From NCBI GenBank assembly GCA_040954595.2, contig JBECUI020000036.1:62001-126000 (forward strand): 64,000 nt of DNA, in the 5' to 3' direction. Source of the stretch: Balanoglossus misakiensis. Lineage: Eukaryota; Animalia; Hemichordata. The notes under the pieces were generated by a model. The model searched no databases. It was not told where the DNA came from and worked only from the letters and a program-made list of their open reading frames with translations. This document shows, one piece after another, positions 49,970 to 60,796 of the stretch (position 1 is the first letter of the stretch; every line of letters starts with the position of its first letter). The position numbers and the translations under genes were made by a program.

Positions 49970-52327
49970 ATGAAAAAAACCGAACGCATCCTTGTTATTG
50001 TTGAATCTCCCACGAAGGCTAAGACCATTAAACGTTTTCTTTCTGACGAATATAATGTTCAGGCAACGTATGGACATATACGGGATTTGCCACAATCGGC
50101 AAGTGATATTCCGAAGGGGTTGAAACAATACGCATGGACCAGACTCGGGATTGATGTTGAAAATAATTTTCAACCCTTGTACATTACCCCTCGAACAAGT
50201 AAGAAGACTATCACTAATCTACAAAAGGAGATGAAGGATTGTACATCTATTCTACTGGCAACGGACGAAGACCGCGAAGGGGAAAGCATCTGTTGGCATC
50301 TTCTAGAACTGCTACAGCCGAAAAAGGAAATTAAACGAATTGTTTTCCATGAAATAACGAATGAGGCAATTGATCACGCCATTAAGAATGCACGAGATGT
50401 GAATATGAAACTCGTACGGGCACAGGAATCTCGGCGCATACTAGATCGCCTCTACGGATATACCCTATCCCCTCTGATCTGGAAAAAGATTGCATACGGA
50501 TTAAGTGCAGGACGGGTGCAGTCGCCCGCACTCCGCATCCTTATTGAGCGAGAACGAGAACGAATACAGTTCGTATCAAGCGAATACTGGGATATCAAAG
50601 CAGAACTGGCAAACGAGAAGGAGATCGAATTTCAGGCACTTCTCTCTAAGGTTGATAATAAGACAGTCGCCGGCACAAAACATTTTGACTCCACAACCGG
50701 TGTCTTTACCGGCAACGAAACAGTTATGCTACTAAATAAACAAGAAACCGCAGATCTATGTACGGAACTAGAAGGAGTTGATTGGATCGTTACCGATCTG
50801 ACATCACGAGACAGCACCTTGCGACCATCTCCCCCCTTCATTACATCAACATTGCAACAAGAAGGAAACAGAAAACTCGGATTGAGTACGCGCCAAACCA
50901 TGCGTACCGCACAACAGCTATACGAAAAAGGATTAATCACCTATATGCGAACCGACTCGCCCATGCTCTCGCAGGAAGCAATTCGCGCCGCACGGCAGGC
51001 AGTACAGACTAGAATTGGGGAGGAGTATCTTTCACCGAAGTCTCGTCAGTACACCGCACGATCCCGGCAAGCACAGGAGGCACACGAAGCCATTCGCCCC
51101 GCCGGATCCGTTTTTCGTGATCCCAAAACAATAACTTTTGATTCTACCGCTGAACAGCGCCTCTACACTATGATCTATCAACGAACACTTGCATCTCAAA
51201 TGGCAGATGCTAAACGACGAACATATAATGTACAGATTCAGGCGGGCAGGACTATTTTTAATGCAACCGCAACAGTTACCACTTTTGCAGGATTCTTGCG
51301 TGCTACTGCCACAAAAGAAAAGGGCCCGCGCAATACCGAAGAAATTTCTACAATCACTCCGGGCAGTGTTCTTACAGTGCGGGATATTCAACCCGTAGAA
51401 CATCATACAAAGGCGCCACCGCGTTATACAGAGGCAAGCCTCGTGCAAAAGCTCGAAGGAATGGACATCGGGAGACCATCAACATATGCAAGCATTATTT
51501 CAACCCTCTACGAACGAAAATATGCTCGAAAGAAGGATAATGCCATTATTCCTACATTTGTCGGCATTGCCGTTATCCAATTCCTAGAAGAACATTTTGA
51601 ATACCTCGTTACATACGAGTTTACATCAAACATGGAAGAAGCTCTGGATCAGATAGCGGGGGGGAACCTCGATTCAATAGCATACCTGAAAGAATTTTAT
51701 CTCACCGATGCCGGATTGCATCAAAAAGTTGAACAGGGTGAACAGGAGATTGAGGCCGAACCATGCCGGGTCATCCACCTTCCTTACGAACTACCTGAAA
51801 GTACGGAAATACGGGTCGGTCGTTTCGGTCCCTACGTCGTCTTGACCGAAAAGGGAACCGAAGCCCTTACTTTTTCTCTCCCCGATGAGACCGCACCTGA
51901 CGAGATAAATAAGGAAGTCATTCAATCACTTGCCGAAATAGAGAGGCGCGGTCCAATTGTTATTGGAACCGACCCGGAGAGTGGGAAAAAAATATACTGC
52001 CTCCATGGACGATATGGACCTCATTTACAACTCGGCGAAAATGACACCGAAAAGAAACCACGTCGGGCGGCACTTGATATCCCACCGGAGGAGGTTACTC
52101 TGGAACATGCTATAAAACTATTTAGCCTGCCTCGAACACTCGGGGTGCATCCGAGTACAGAGAAGGAAATACGAGCATCCATCGGTCCCTACGGCCCGTA
52201 CATCGTCCATGACGGTGATTTTCGATCACTTAAGAATGATGATGTATACACAATTGAGTTGGACAGGGCTTTAGAGATTCTCGCTCAGAAAAAAACAGTT
52301 CGAAAAAAACGTACAAAGAATAAATAA
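49970..52327 (+). CDS. topA: DNA topoisomerase I with Toprim_C-type repeats
   Basis: VESPTKAKTI, ATDEDREGE, SAGRVQS, ITYMRTDS, GRPSTYA, three GR(F/Y)GPY-type repeats. Confidence 0.97.
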   Translation: MKKTERILVIVESPTKAKTIKRFLSDEYNVQATYGHIRDLPQSASDIPKGLKQYAWTRLGIDVENNFQPLYITPRTSKKTITNLQKEMKDCTSILLATDEDREGESICWHLLELLQPKKEIKRIVFHEITNEAIDHAIKNARDVNMKLVRAQESRRILDRLYGYTLSPLIWKKIAYGLSAGRVQSPALRILIERERERIQFVSSEYWDIKAELANEKEIEFQALLSKVDNKTVAGTKHFDSTTGVFTGNETVMLLNKQETADLCTELEGVDWIVTDLTSRDSTLRPSPPFITSTLQQEGNRKLGLSTRQTMRTAQQLYEKGLITYMRTDSPMLSQEAIRAARQAVQTRIGEEYLSPKSRQYTARSRQAQEAHEAIRPAGSVFRDPKTITFDSTAEQRLYTMIYQRTLASQMADAKRRTYNVQIQAGRTIFNATATVTTFAGFLRATATKEKGPRNTEEISTITPGSVLTVRDIQPVEHHTKAPPRYTEASLVQKLEGMDIGRPSTYASIISTLYERKYARKKDNAIIPTFVGIAVIQFLEEHFEYLVTYEFTSNMEEALDQIAGGNLDSIAYLKEFYLTDAGLHQKVEQGEQEIEAEPCRVIHLPYELPESTEIRVGRFGPYVVLTEKGTEALTFSLPDETAPDEINKEVIQSLAEIERRGPIVIGTDPESGKKIYCLHGRYGPHLQLGENDTEKKPRRAALDIPPEEVTLEHAIKLFSLPRTLGVHPSTEKEIRASIGPYGPYIVHDGDFRSLKNDDVYTIELDRALEILAQKKTVRKKRTKNK

Positions 52328-52355
52328 ACAATGCATCGAATACGTAATTAAGTGT

Positions 52356-53562
52356 TTACTTGTGCATTTTTTGGTAGTAGTTCGCTTCGGTTACAATTCT
52401 TTTTGTATCGTGCACATGAATCTTGCCTTCAATAGTACTGATAGAGTTGTTTGCTAATAATTCGCGTAAGGCAATATTTCCCTGTTCCATTGGCAACCCA
52501 ACCCATTTAATTAACTCTTGAGGTCCGAAACTAAGCACATATTGTTGCCCCTCTTCGATAGGGATATGAAGTTTCTCAAGCTGCACCAAGATAGCATCAT
52601 ACATCCGAGCAATCTTGTTTGGAATAACCGCATTGGACAGTTGCCGATATACCACCCATATACGTTCAGCAAGAAGAGTCGTTAACCGAACGATAATCTG
52701 TGGCTGGGAATTGACGATACGCTGAAAGTTTTCACGGTTTACCGAAAGCAAAACGGAATCCTCATATGCAATGGCAGAGGCAGACCGGGGCTTTTGCTCA
52801 AGCAATGCCATTTCTCCGAATATATCTCCCGTGCGGAGGATAGCAAGCAAGACCTCGTTATTATTCACTATCTTAGTAATCTTCACGCTACCTTGCTGAA
52901 TAATATACATCTCCTTGCCTGGCATCATTTCGGAAAAGATCATGCTGTTTTTGGGATAGTTCCGAATAAATTCATTCGAATGTTCCATCTCTTCAAGATA
53001 TACTACCGCAGTTGCCTGTTCCTTTATGCTCTCCATGCGCTTCTTGACCTCAAGCCCTCGTGGATCGTTCGGACAAAGTTTTCAGAAACTGATAATAGAC
53101 ATAGTATGCCTGACTGAATTGTTGTTGTGCATCATAGTACGCAGCAATCGTATAAGTATGTTCAATCCTGATGTCGCCAGCGCTGGAGCCGGTTAAATTA
53201 GCAAGGGCACTATCCAAATACCTCATACGACGAGAAAAACTTTCAATAATTTTCATAGCAACCGCTGTATTTCGCTTAATGAGATTGCCGTATTCATCCT
53301 TATGAACAGCAATTAATACGCAGTCCGTTAATGCCTGTACCGTTTCAATACTACGTTGTGCAGACATAGCAGAAATAACACCGAAGAAGTCGCCCGGATT
53401 GAGGATATTTCCGCTCTCTTCCTGTACGACCTCAGCACTCTTCGTTATCTTGACCACTCCTGATTGAATGATAAAGAAGCGAGTTAACTCCGCTTTACCC
53501 TCTACAATAATATACGCTCCCTTGCTAAAGCGTACTAATGATATCTGAGTACTAGTGTTCAT
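52356..53562 (-). CDS. Crp/Fnr-like protein with two cNMP-binding domains, split by a 1-nt frameshift near 53080
   Basis: GDFFG and [10 protein letters not shown]...RSASA domains. Removing one A gives [26 protein letters not shown], which joins the two ORFs. Confidence 0.85.
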
Positions 53563-54862
53563 GTACTATCTCCCTCATTTCATTATACAGTGGAAAAGTC
53601 TGACATAAATCACGAACTTTTTGCATAATGATTGGTATGCTACGCTCACCATCCGTTAGCACTTGCACAATTAATTGTCCAATGTACTCTATCTCTTGCT
53701 CTTTCATGCCTCGGGTTGTGAGCGCTGGGGTCCCAAAGCGAATGCCGGAACAGTAAAGAGGGCTGCGTGTATCATAGGGAATTGCATTCTTATTAGCGGT
53801 AATACCGGCTGCACATAGGAGAGTTTCCGCATCCTTGCCTGTTATATTAAAATTATTCAAATCTACCAGTACAATATGATTATCGGTGCCGCCGGTTATA
53901 ACGCGTGCACCTTTTTCCTGAAGCACACGAGCAAGCGTTTGAGCATTGAGTATTACCTGTTTCTGATATTTTCGGAATGTCGGTAATAAGGCCTCACCAA
54001 AAGCGACAGCCTTCGCTCCTATCGTATGCATCATTGGACCACCTTGTACCCCGGGAACTATCGCTGAATCTATCAGTTCGGATACCCGTTTGATCCGTCC
54101 GGACTTGGGAGCACGAATATCTCGATCATTCTCCATATCCTTGCCCATTAAAATAATGCCCCCTCTCGGTCCGCGGAGAGTCTTATGGGTCGTTGCAGTA
54201 ACAACATGTGCATGTGGGATAGGACTTGGATGGTAATCAGTAGCAACAAGACCGGCAATATGTGCCATATCGACAACAAGAAGGGCTCCCACCTCATCGG
54301 CTATAGCACGAAATTTGTCAAATTCAATAATCCTCGAGTAGGATGATGCACCGGCAATAATAATCCGCGGCTTGCTTGCTTTTGCAGTCTCTCGGACAGC
54401 ATCATAATCAATTCGTTCACTGCTCTTATCCACCCCGTAAAAAGAAGCCTGATAGAGTTGTCCGGAAAAACTGACCGATGCACCATGTGTCAAATGACCA
54501 CCATGTGCCAAATCCATGCCAAGTATCCTGTCGCCTGGCTTCATAAGGGCAAAATAGACAGCCATATTTGCAGTACTACCGGAATGTGCTTGGACATTTA
54601 CATAAGCAGCACCAAAGAGCTTCTTTGCACGGGCACAAGCTAATCGTTCCACCTCATCAACATGTTCACATCCGCCATAATACCGTTTGCCGGGATACCC
54701 TTCGGCATACTTATGAGTCAGCACCGAAGCATTCGCTTCTCGTACCGCCGGACTAACAAAATTTTCTGAGGCTATAAGTTCCAGATTATTCTTTTGCCGT
54801 TCTTCTTCTAATTGAAAGAGTTTTGCTATTTCAAGATCATTTGCTTGTACAAAGTTATGCAT
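53552..54862 (-). CDS. glyA: Serine hydroxymethyltransferase
   Basis: [41 protein letters not shown]. Confidence 0.97.
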   Translation of the reverse strand: MHNFVQANDLEIAKLFQLEEERQKNNLELIASENFVSPAVREANASVLTHKYAEGYPGKRYYGGCEHVDEVERLACARAKKLFGAAYVNVQAHSGSTANMAVYFALMKPGDRILGMDLAHGGHLTHGASVSFSGQLYQASFYGVDKSSERIDYDAVRETAKASKPRIIIAGASSYSRIIEFDKFRAIADEVGALLVVDMAHIAGLVATDYHPSPIPHAHVVTATTHKTLRGPRGGIILMGKDMENDRDIRAPKSGRIKRVSELIDSAIVPGVQGGPMMHTIGAKAVAFGEALLPTFRKYQKQVILNAQTLARVLQEKGARVITGGTDNHIVLVDLNNFNITGKDAETLLCAAGITANKNAIPYDTRSPLYCSGIRFGTPALTTRGMKEQEIEYIGQLIVQVLTDGERSIPIIMQKVRDLCQTFPLYNEMREIVHEH

Positions 54863-54937
54863 ATAATATCCAAGTAATAACACTATTATAGTATCCTGAA
54901 CATTAATACATCGTCAAGGTATTTCTGAAAATTATAA

Positions 54938-56536
54938 CTATCTGTTTATGGATGACAGTTGAATGAGTATCGGAGTTTCGTATTGAACAAGGAATCGCGA
55001 AGATCCGTGGAAGTAGCCCTGTATCGATTGGCGTGCATACCCGGGGGAAGCATGATAAATACCCTGTGCAGTCGGATCAATAACCGGTAATAAGTCGACA
55101 TTGTTGTGGAATGCAATATGCCGAGAATCCAGATTGCCGAAATATTGGGCACGCGAAGGAAATAACTCAGCAAGTGTACTGTACATGCCGTCTGCAAGAG
55201 CAGGATCTACAGGAACCCATCCGAAATCTTCGAGAAAAAATTCAGCCCAGCTATGCATGAGTACCCCCTCCGATGTCAGAAGTAAGCCGCTCATAACGCG
55301 TGCAGGGATCTTGATAACCCGAAGCCCGATAACATACAGCATAGCATAATCAAAGGCTGTACCCATTCCTTCTGCAAAACGGTCCGGCACCATACTTATT
55401 GTTGAGTCCTCATCCTCTACCGGTTGCATACGAATCAACAAATTCTGAAAAAGTTTTTCAGCCTTGTAGTACGGATTAGATATGCCGCGTACACTTTGCT
55501 CAGCAAATTGACGGATGGGCGATAGGACAGATGCCGATAAGAACAGATCATTAAGATACCGCCGGCGGAATGTTTCATCTATATCGTAGCGTTGCTGTAT
55601 TTCAGTCGGATATATGGTAGTACGCTCGGTAAAACGCAGAAGCCTGTAGATACGCTTGATGGCTTGCTCCTTGAAGCTAAAAAACTGCTTCGGTGATAGG
55701 ATACTCTGTATACTTCCGTCCTCCCGCAACTCTTCTACGACCGGCTGTGCAGTTGTGAGATCGGGAATCGGGAACCAGAGCTTTATCTCCTCCGTCTCTT
55801 CGATATGATCTACTGAGATAAGGTGTTCCAGTACAACCTCGTATCCTCCCTCGTAGTTTTTTGTTCCACCCCTCGAAGTAATGCTCAGCACATCGCTGAT
55901 GACACTGCCCCTGCTTGTTGTAATACGTACAGCCGACTGTACCGCACCATCAGGAATGGTAACTGTAATCTGCATATCAGACCAAATAATGTTTTCCTTA
56001 TCAACTGGAATCCATACATCTTTCTCACGAGAATGAGAAAATAATACTTGGGAGTCGTATGGTTCATCGCCAAAATTTTTTCCGATAATTGATACCCGAT
56101 CTCCTACAAATGCCTGTTCAGGTTCAAAGTATTGAATCTGTGGTCCCATCTCGTCTTGATTATCCGCGCGCACAGACGATATAACATCAATACGCGTAAC
56201 CAGAATAGGATTGCTCCTTCCCTTGTCCGTCTCCACTGTAAGAAATCCAGAAGGGAAATCATCGGTAACCAGAATCTGTATCTCCTGGTCCGTCCACAAC
56301 TGATAATGACTGCGCGTTATAATTTGTCCCGCAATATACACCCGCCCATTACCAAAATTTTTTCCGGTAATAACAATGCTATCCTTACTCGATACCTGTG
56401 ACGGAGTAAGATCGGCAATTTGCGGGGGGCGCCAGTAAAAGAAAAAAAAAGAAATCCCAAGACCCAAGACTAACAGGCCAATGAAGATGAAAAATATAAA
56501 TTCAGAGAGACGAAGCACTTTCCCCCGGAACCGCAT
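54938..56536 (-). CDS. Membrane-anchored IPT/TIG + transglutaminase-like protein
   Basis: TM helix, two I.GKNFG...W.D..I units, IPAR..SG, HSWAEF...GWVPVDPA. Confidence 0.85.
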   Translation of the reverse strand: MRFRGKVLRLSEFIFFIFIGLLVLGLGISFFFFYWRPPQIADLTPSQVSSKDSIVITGKNFGNGRVYIAGQIITRSHYQLWTDQEIQILVTDDFPSGFLTVETDKGRSNPILVTRIDVISSVRADNQDEMGPQIQYFEPEQAFVGDRVSIIGKNFGDEPYDSQVLFSHSREKDVWIPVDKENIIWSDMQITVTIPDGAVQSAVRITTSRGSVISDVLSITSRGGTKNYEGGYEVVLEHLISVDHIEETEEIKLWFPIPDLTTAQPVVEELREDGSIQSILSPKQFFSFKEQAIKRIYRLLRFTERTTIYPTEIQQRYDIDETFRRRYLNDLFLSASVLSPIRQFAEQSVRGISNPYYKAEKLFQNLLIRMQPVEDEDSTISMVPDRFAEGMGTAFDYAMLYVIGLRVIKIPARVMSGLLLTSEGVLMHSWAEFFLEDFGWVPVDPALADGMYSTLAELFPSRAQYFGNLDSRHIAFHNNVDLLPVIDPTAQGIYHASPGYARQSIQGYFHGSSRFLVQYETPILIQLSSINR

Positions 56537-56537
56537 A

Positions 56538-57278
56538 TTATTGACTTGGAACTGCCGTTCGGGAAACTGTAAATTGAAGTTCCATTATCGGTTTTGCTTC
56601 ATCGTTATCCCAGTCTTCAAATAGGAACCCGCTATCGTTATCGTCATCGTTGTCGTCATCAGTATCATCATCGTCATCCCATATAGATCGCCAAGATCTA
56701 TACATATCTTGAATCCTTTTCTTCAAGCTATTTTTTTCCTGAGACCCAAGAGGAATAAAGAGCACCGGCTCATCTAAGTGCATTGGGATCTCTTTTAGAA
56801 TAGTACGGTAACGTACATTCTCTTCTCCGCGCACCCATAACCGTCCCTGAAGGAAAAGAAGAATACGTCTGTTTTCCTCGTGATAAGGCGTTAGTTTCAG
56901 ATCAAGAAACATATGATCACTCGATAGCTGCACGGCCAGAGATTCGCCGTCTTTAGTTGTATCATTTGTGTTCGATGACCAGATTAGTTGCCCACTCGGA
57001 AGAAGTAGGCGAGATATAATTTCTACATCGTAGGAAAAATTACCGAAACTTTCACTTGGTCCCAACTGCACCTGAAGACGTTTCAGCTTAAAAGGACGAA
57101 GAAATTTCGGATGTTCTGCATGCTGAAAGGCACGGAAGGAACGCAGAGGTAGATGTACCAATCGATGCGACCATGGCGCTTGTAAAGTAGCAGAAATGGG
57201 TTCTTCAGCAGATAACTCAATAATATTGATGCATGCAGGTGCGAGTAGTACAATCATGCATAAAACAAAACGCAACAC
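56538..57278 (-). CDS. Hypothetical exported protein with Asp-rich insert
   Basis: Signal-like N-terminus; DDDDDTDDDNDDDND tract. Confidence 0.65.
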   Translation of the reverse strand: MLRFVLCMIVLLAPACINIIELSAEEPISATLQAPWSHRLVHLPLRSFRAFQHAEHPKFLRPFKLKRLQVQLGPSESFGNFSYDVEIISRLLLPSGQLIWSSNTNDTTKDGESLAVQLSSDHMFLDLKLTPYHEENRRILLFLQGRLWVRGEENVRYRTILKEIPMHLDEPVLFIPLGSQEKNSLKKRIQDMYRSWRSIWDDDDDTDDDNDDDNDSGFLFEDWDNDEAKPIMELQFTVSRTAVPSQ

Positions 57279-57281
57279 AAT

Positions 57282-57905
57282 TTACTCTCCCGTAGTGGCT
57301 CCTGAAACAGGATTAACAACACTCGGATTATTAATTGGAACTAACAGTGGTGTCCCCTCAATGGATAGTCGGGCCTGTGCAGGCAGAATAATAATCTGTC
57401 TGTCCTCTGGTAATTCCTTAAGAAGCATTTGGACAAGTGACTGGAAATTTTGTTGAATAACCATATCATTACTCTTTATATCACTTCCCAGAGATACAAA
57501 ATCGACATTTGCATCAGTCGCCTGAACAGGGGGCTCAGATTCGGAAGCAACGGCGGGTGTGGACGTTTTCAAGGATTCTACAACGGCCGTAACATTATTT
57601 GTGAGAAAGGGTAAACCCAAAAAGATAATAAACAGGGAAGCAAATATTGGTATGGGAAGCATAAAAAATGATTGCGTCCGACGTTTTACAGATACACGCT
57701 CCTGTACCCGTTCCCATACTCGTTGCTTGGACAACTCTTCTGGGAATTGAACAGATCTTAGTCTGTGCTGTACATGCTCCAATTTTTCCATCTCTTGACG
57801 AAGAGATGGATTATTCTGTACAAGACGATCTAAATTCGCTTGTACATCTTCGGGCAATTCACCATCAATAGATTCAGACAATAAATGCTTAATATCACTC
57901 TTCAT
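57282..57905 (-). CDS. Putative anti-sigma factor
   Basis: LLSESIDGEL N-terminus, one TM helix, overlaps the ECF sigma stop. Confidence 0.75.
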   Translation of the reverse strand: MKSDIKHLLSESIDGELPEDVQANLDRLVQNNPSLRQEMEKLEHVQHRLRSVQFPEELSKQRVWERVQERVSVKRRTQSFFMLPIPIFASLFIIFLGLPFLTNNVTAVVESLKTSTPAVASESEPPVQATDANVDFVSLGSDIKSNDMVIQQNFQSLVQMLLKELPEDRQIIILPAQARLSIEGTPLLVPINNPSVVNPVSGATTGE

Positions 57906-58431
57906 TGTTCATTCCTCGCTTTTTTAATGTATCACCGAGTGCCACACGGGCACGAAATAATCTAGATTTTACATTTGAAAGACTTATTTGTAGTACATCT
58001 GCAATTTCCTTACAGGACAAGTCGGCATATGTAACCAGAACTAATGCCTCCCGTAACCGTGTTGGTAATTGTGCAATCGCTCTCATAACCTCTTCTCTCT
58101 CTTCATTTTTGATTGCAACAGCCTCTCCGGTCTTTTCTGATGGAAATAATTGGGATTGATTATGCAATACTTTATCATATGCTCTATATTCCCTTGACCT
58201 CTTCTTCGCATAATTAATGGCTAAATTTTTTCCGACACGAATAAGCCAATATTTCTCCGTTCCTTCTCCAACCTTATACATATACTGGTAAAAGCGTACG
58301 TATGTCTCCTGGCATATTTCCTCTGTTGCCTCCTGACTATATGCAATAGCGTAGACGACACGAAACACCACCGAAAAGAACTGCTGGTACGCTTCTGCAA
58401 ATCTCTGTTCATCGGAACGACTTTCATACAT
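57895..58431 (-). CDS. ECF (sigma-24) RNA polymerase sigma factor
   Basis: EEICQET, WLIRVGKNLAIN, EIADVL.I....VKSRLFRAR. Confidence 0.93.
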   Translation of the reverse strand: MYESRSDEQRFAEAYQQFFSVVFRVVYAIAYSQEATEEICQETYVRFYQYMYKVGEGTEKYWLIRVGKNLAINYAKKRSREYRAYDKVLHNQSQLFPSEKTGEAVAIKNEEREEVMRAIAQLPTRLREALVLVTYADLSCKEIADVLQISLSNVKSRLFRARVALGDTLKKRGMNNEE

Positions 58432-58471
58432 AATAATATAACACCCAACAATACCATACCGTTACATATTA

Positions 58472-58500
58472 TTGCAAGATATATGAATTTTTACTATTAT
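58472..58500 (+). promoter_or_regulatory. murB promoter, leaderless geometry
   Basis: TTGCAA, 17 nt, TATTAT, 7 nt, GTG(58508). Confidence 0.6.
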
Positions 58501-58507
58501 ATTATGA

Positions 58508-59424
58508 GTGTTAACGGAATTAGGGCAGTTATTTAGCAAAAACAATCTCACGTATTGCTGTAATGAGGCAATGTGCTCCCATACCAGTATTCGTATCGGC
58601 GGGCCGGCAGAAATATACACGGTTCCGCGAAGCATTGAAGAGATACAGAAAATTCTCGCTATACGCGCCGAAACAGCTGCCTCCCTCTTTATCCTCGGGG
58701 GGGATCAAACATACTTGTTTCCGATAACGGTATCCCCGGTATTGTTTTGGACACGAAGAACTTAAACCATATCGAAATACGAGATGATAGCCTGTACTGT
58801 GAATCAGGTCTCCCCATCAGCAACGCCGCCGAGTATGCCGCCGATCGTGGTATTGCCAGCCTTGAGTTTCTCTATTCCATGCCGGGAAGTGTCGGGGGTG
58901 CCGTATGGATGAACGCGCGATGTTATGGTCAAGAAATATCACAGGTCTTACAATCGGTTCGGTATATGACGCACGATGGAAAAATACATGAGTATCTTTA
59001 CGATGAAGCAGATTTCGCGTATAAGAAATCACCCTTTCAAAACCAAGACAGGATTATCTTATCTTCCTCTATTGCTATCAAGAAAGATAATTCGGAACAA
59101 ATCCGGGAACGCATGCAATTTTATCAGGCAGACAGGGAACAGAAGGGGCATTTTACTGCTCCATCGGCTGGTTCAGTGTTTAAGAACAATCCGAAATACG
59201 GTGCACCTTCGGGCATGTTAATAGATAGCTTACACATGCGTGGCACACAGCGGGGTGGTGCACGAATTTCTGATATGCATGCAAACATTCTGATAAATAT
59301 GGGCAATGCCACGGCAGAAGATGCATCCCTATTAATTCAAGAAGTAGAAAATAAAATAAAGAAGGAACGGGGGCTGGTATTGGAACGAGAAATACTACAG
59401 ATAGGGAATTGGAACAACTCGTAA
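58508..59424 (+). CDS. murB: UDP-N-acetylenolpyruvoylglucosamine reductase, split by a frameshift in G7 (58697-58703)
   Basis: IGGPA; G8 would restore LGGGSNILVSD; PGSVGGAVWMNA, PSAGSVFKN, HAN. Confidence 0.95.
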
Positions 59425-59443
59425 ATACTAGTAGCCATTAAAA

Positions 59444-60796
59444 ATGGAAGAGCAATTAACAATCAATATTGTGCGGGCCATGCTGAACACCCCGAAAAAC
59501 ACTCAGGTTCGCAAACAATTTCACCACCTTACCATGCCTGATATTTATCAGATATGGGAAGAGTTTTCTCCCGATGAATTGCTTGCTATTTTCTTCCATT
59601 TGGATCTCGCTTCTCGAGTCGATCTTATCCGCATTCTATCTACAAAAGATCAGGAAATTCTTATTAGCACCCTGCCGCTATCCAATATGAAGGAAATATT
59701 TGCCCATATGGAACCGGATGATCTCGTAGACACCATTCAGACCCTACCACCGGAAGTACGAACATCAGTATGGAACTCAATGAGTAACGAAGCCAAACAG
59801 GAGACCCTCTTCCTGCTCCGCTTCGATGAAACTGAAGCCGCAGGAATTATGACCCCGCGGTATCTAGCAATCAGAAAAGACCTTTCCGTCCATCAGACAA
59901 TTAGCTTCGTACGTAATACAGCCCCACGAGTACAGAACATTTCATACATATACGTTCTTGATAATCTGAACCGTCTTGAAGGCATTGTTTCATTAAGACA
60001 TCTATTAAGTGCAGATGATGAATCGCTTACATCATCAATTATGAAGACCGACATTATCTCCGTACATGAAGAAACGGATCAAGAGATAGTAGCATCGCTT
60101 CTGGAAAAACATGAGCTGCTTGCTCTCCCTGTTCTCGATACCTACGGACGTCTCCTGGGTATTGTAACAATTGATGATGCTATCAACGTCATACGAGATG
60201 AACAAACCGAGGATGTGTACAAGATGGGTGCTATGGAAGGAAGTACCGAAATGTATCTAAAAACATCCATATGGCGGCTCGTTCGAAAACGGATGCCATG
60301 GCTTGCACTGCTTCTCTTTGCCGGAACATTGACTACAAATATGATTGGCATCTTTGAACAGTTCATACAGACATCAGCCTTCCTGTTCTTGTTTATTCCC
60401 GTCATTATGCAAACTGGGGGAAATACAAGTGTTCAAAGTTCAACCCTGATGATCCGCGGTCTTTCTCGCAATGAACTGAGTTTCCGAAACATTTGGAATA
60501 TTCTCGGGAAGGAAATTCTGGTATCTAGTGTTCTCGGCATTACCCTAGGAGTACTCATTATTCTCCGGAGCATGTTTGTCTCTCCTACAGTTGAAATAAT
60601 TCATTCCTTAACCCTCGGTCTTTCCCTCTCCTTAGTTGTCATGTTCGCCTCAATTATGGGAGTGCTTGCACCACTATTTATTCACCGATTAGGGCACGAC
60701 CCAACGGTAATGACCGGTCCCTTAATTGCTACCATTATTGATGTCGCAGGCCTTGCAATTTATTTTTCCATTGCCCAACTCATTCTCGGAAGCTAA
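59444..60796 (+). CDS. mgtE: Magnesium transporter MgtE
   Basis: MEPDD, CBS pair, R.PWL, GGNT..Q, DP...GP...T..D. Confidence 0.95.
   Translation: MEEQLTINIVRAMLNTPKNTQVRKQFHHLTMPDIYQIWEEFSPDELLAIFFHLDLASRVDLIRILSTKDQEILISTLPLSNMKEIFAHMEPDDLVDTIQTLPPEVRTSVWNSMSNEAKQETLFLLRFDETEAAGIMTPRYLAIRKDLSVHQTISFVRNTAPRVQNISYIYVLDNLNRLEGIVSLRHLLSADDESLTSSIMKTDIISVHEETDQEIVASLLEKHELLALPVLDTYGRLLGIVTIDDAINVIRDEQTEDVYKMGAMEGSTEMYLKTSIWRLVRKRMPWLALLLFAGTLTTNMIGIFEQFIQTSAFLFLFIPVIMQTGGNTSVQSSTLMIRGLSRNELSFRNIWNILGKEILVSSVLGITLGVLIILRSMFVSPTVEIIHSLTLGLSLSLVVMFASIMGVLAPLFIHRLGHDPTVMTGPLIATIIDVAGLAIYFSIAQLILGS

Noticed and set aside
56634-56678. GAT/GAC tract as a phase-variable repeat
   Set aside because: It is an imperfect, in-frame Asp-rich linker.
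24885-59424. Genome decay or programmed frameshifting as the cause of the split core genes
   Set aside because: Each gene has one indel in a short homopolymer, no other decay and no shared slippery motif, so sequencing error is more parsimonious.
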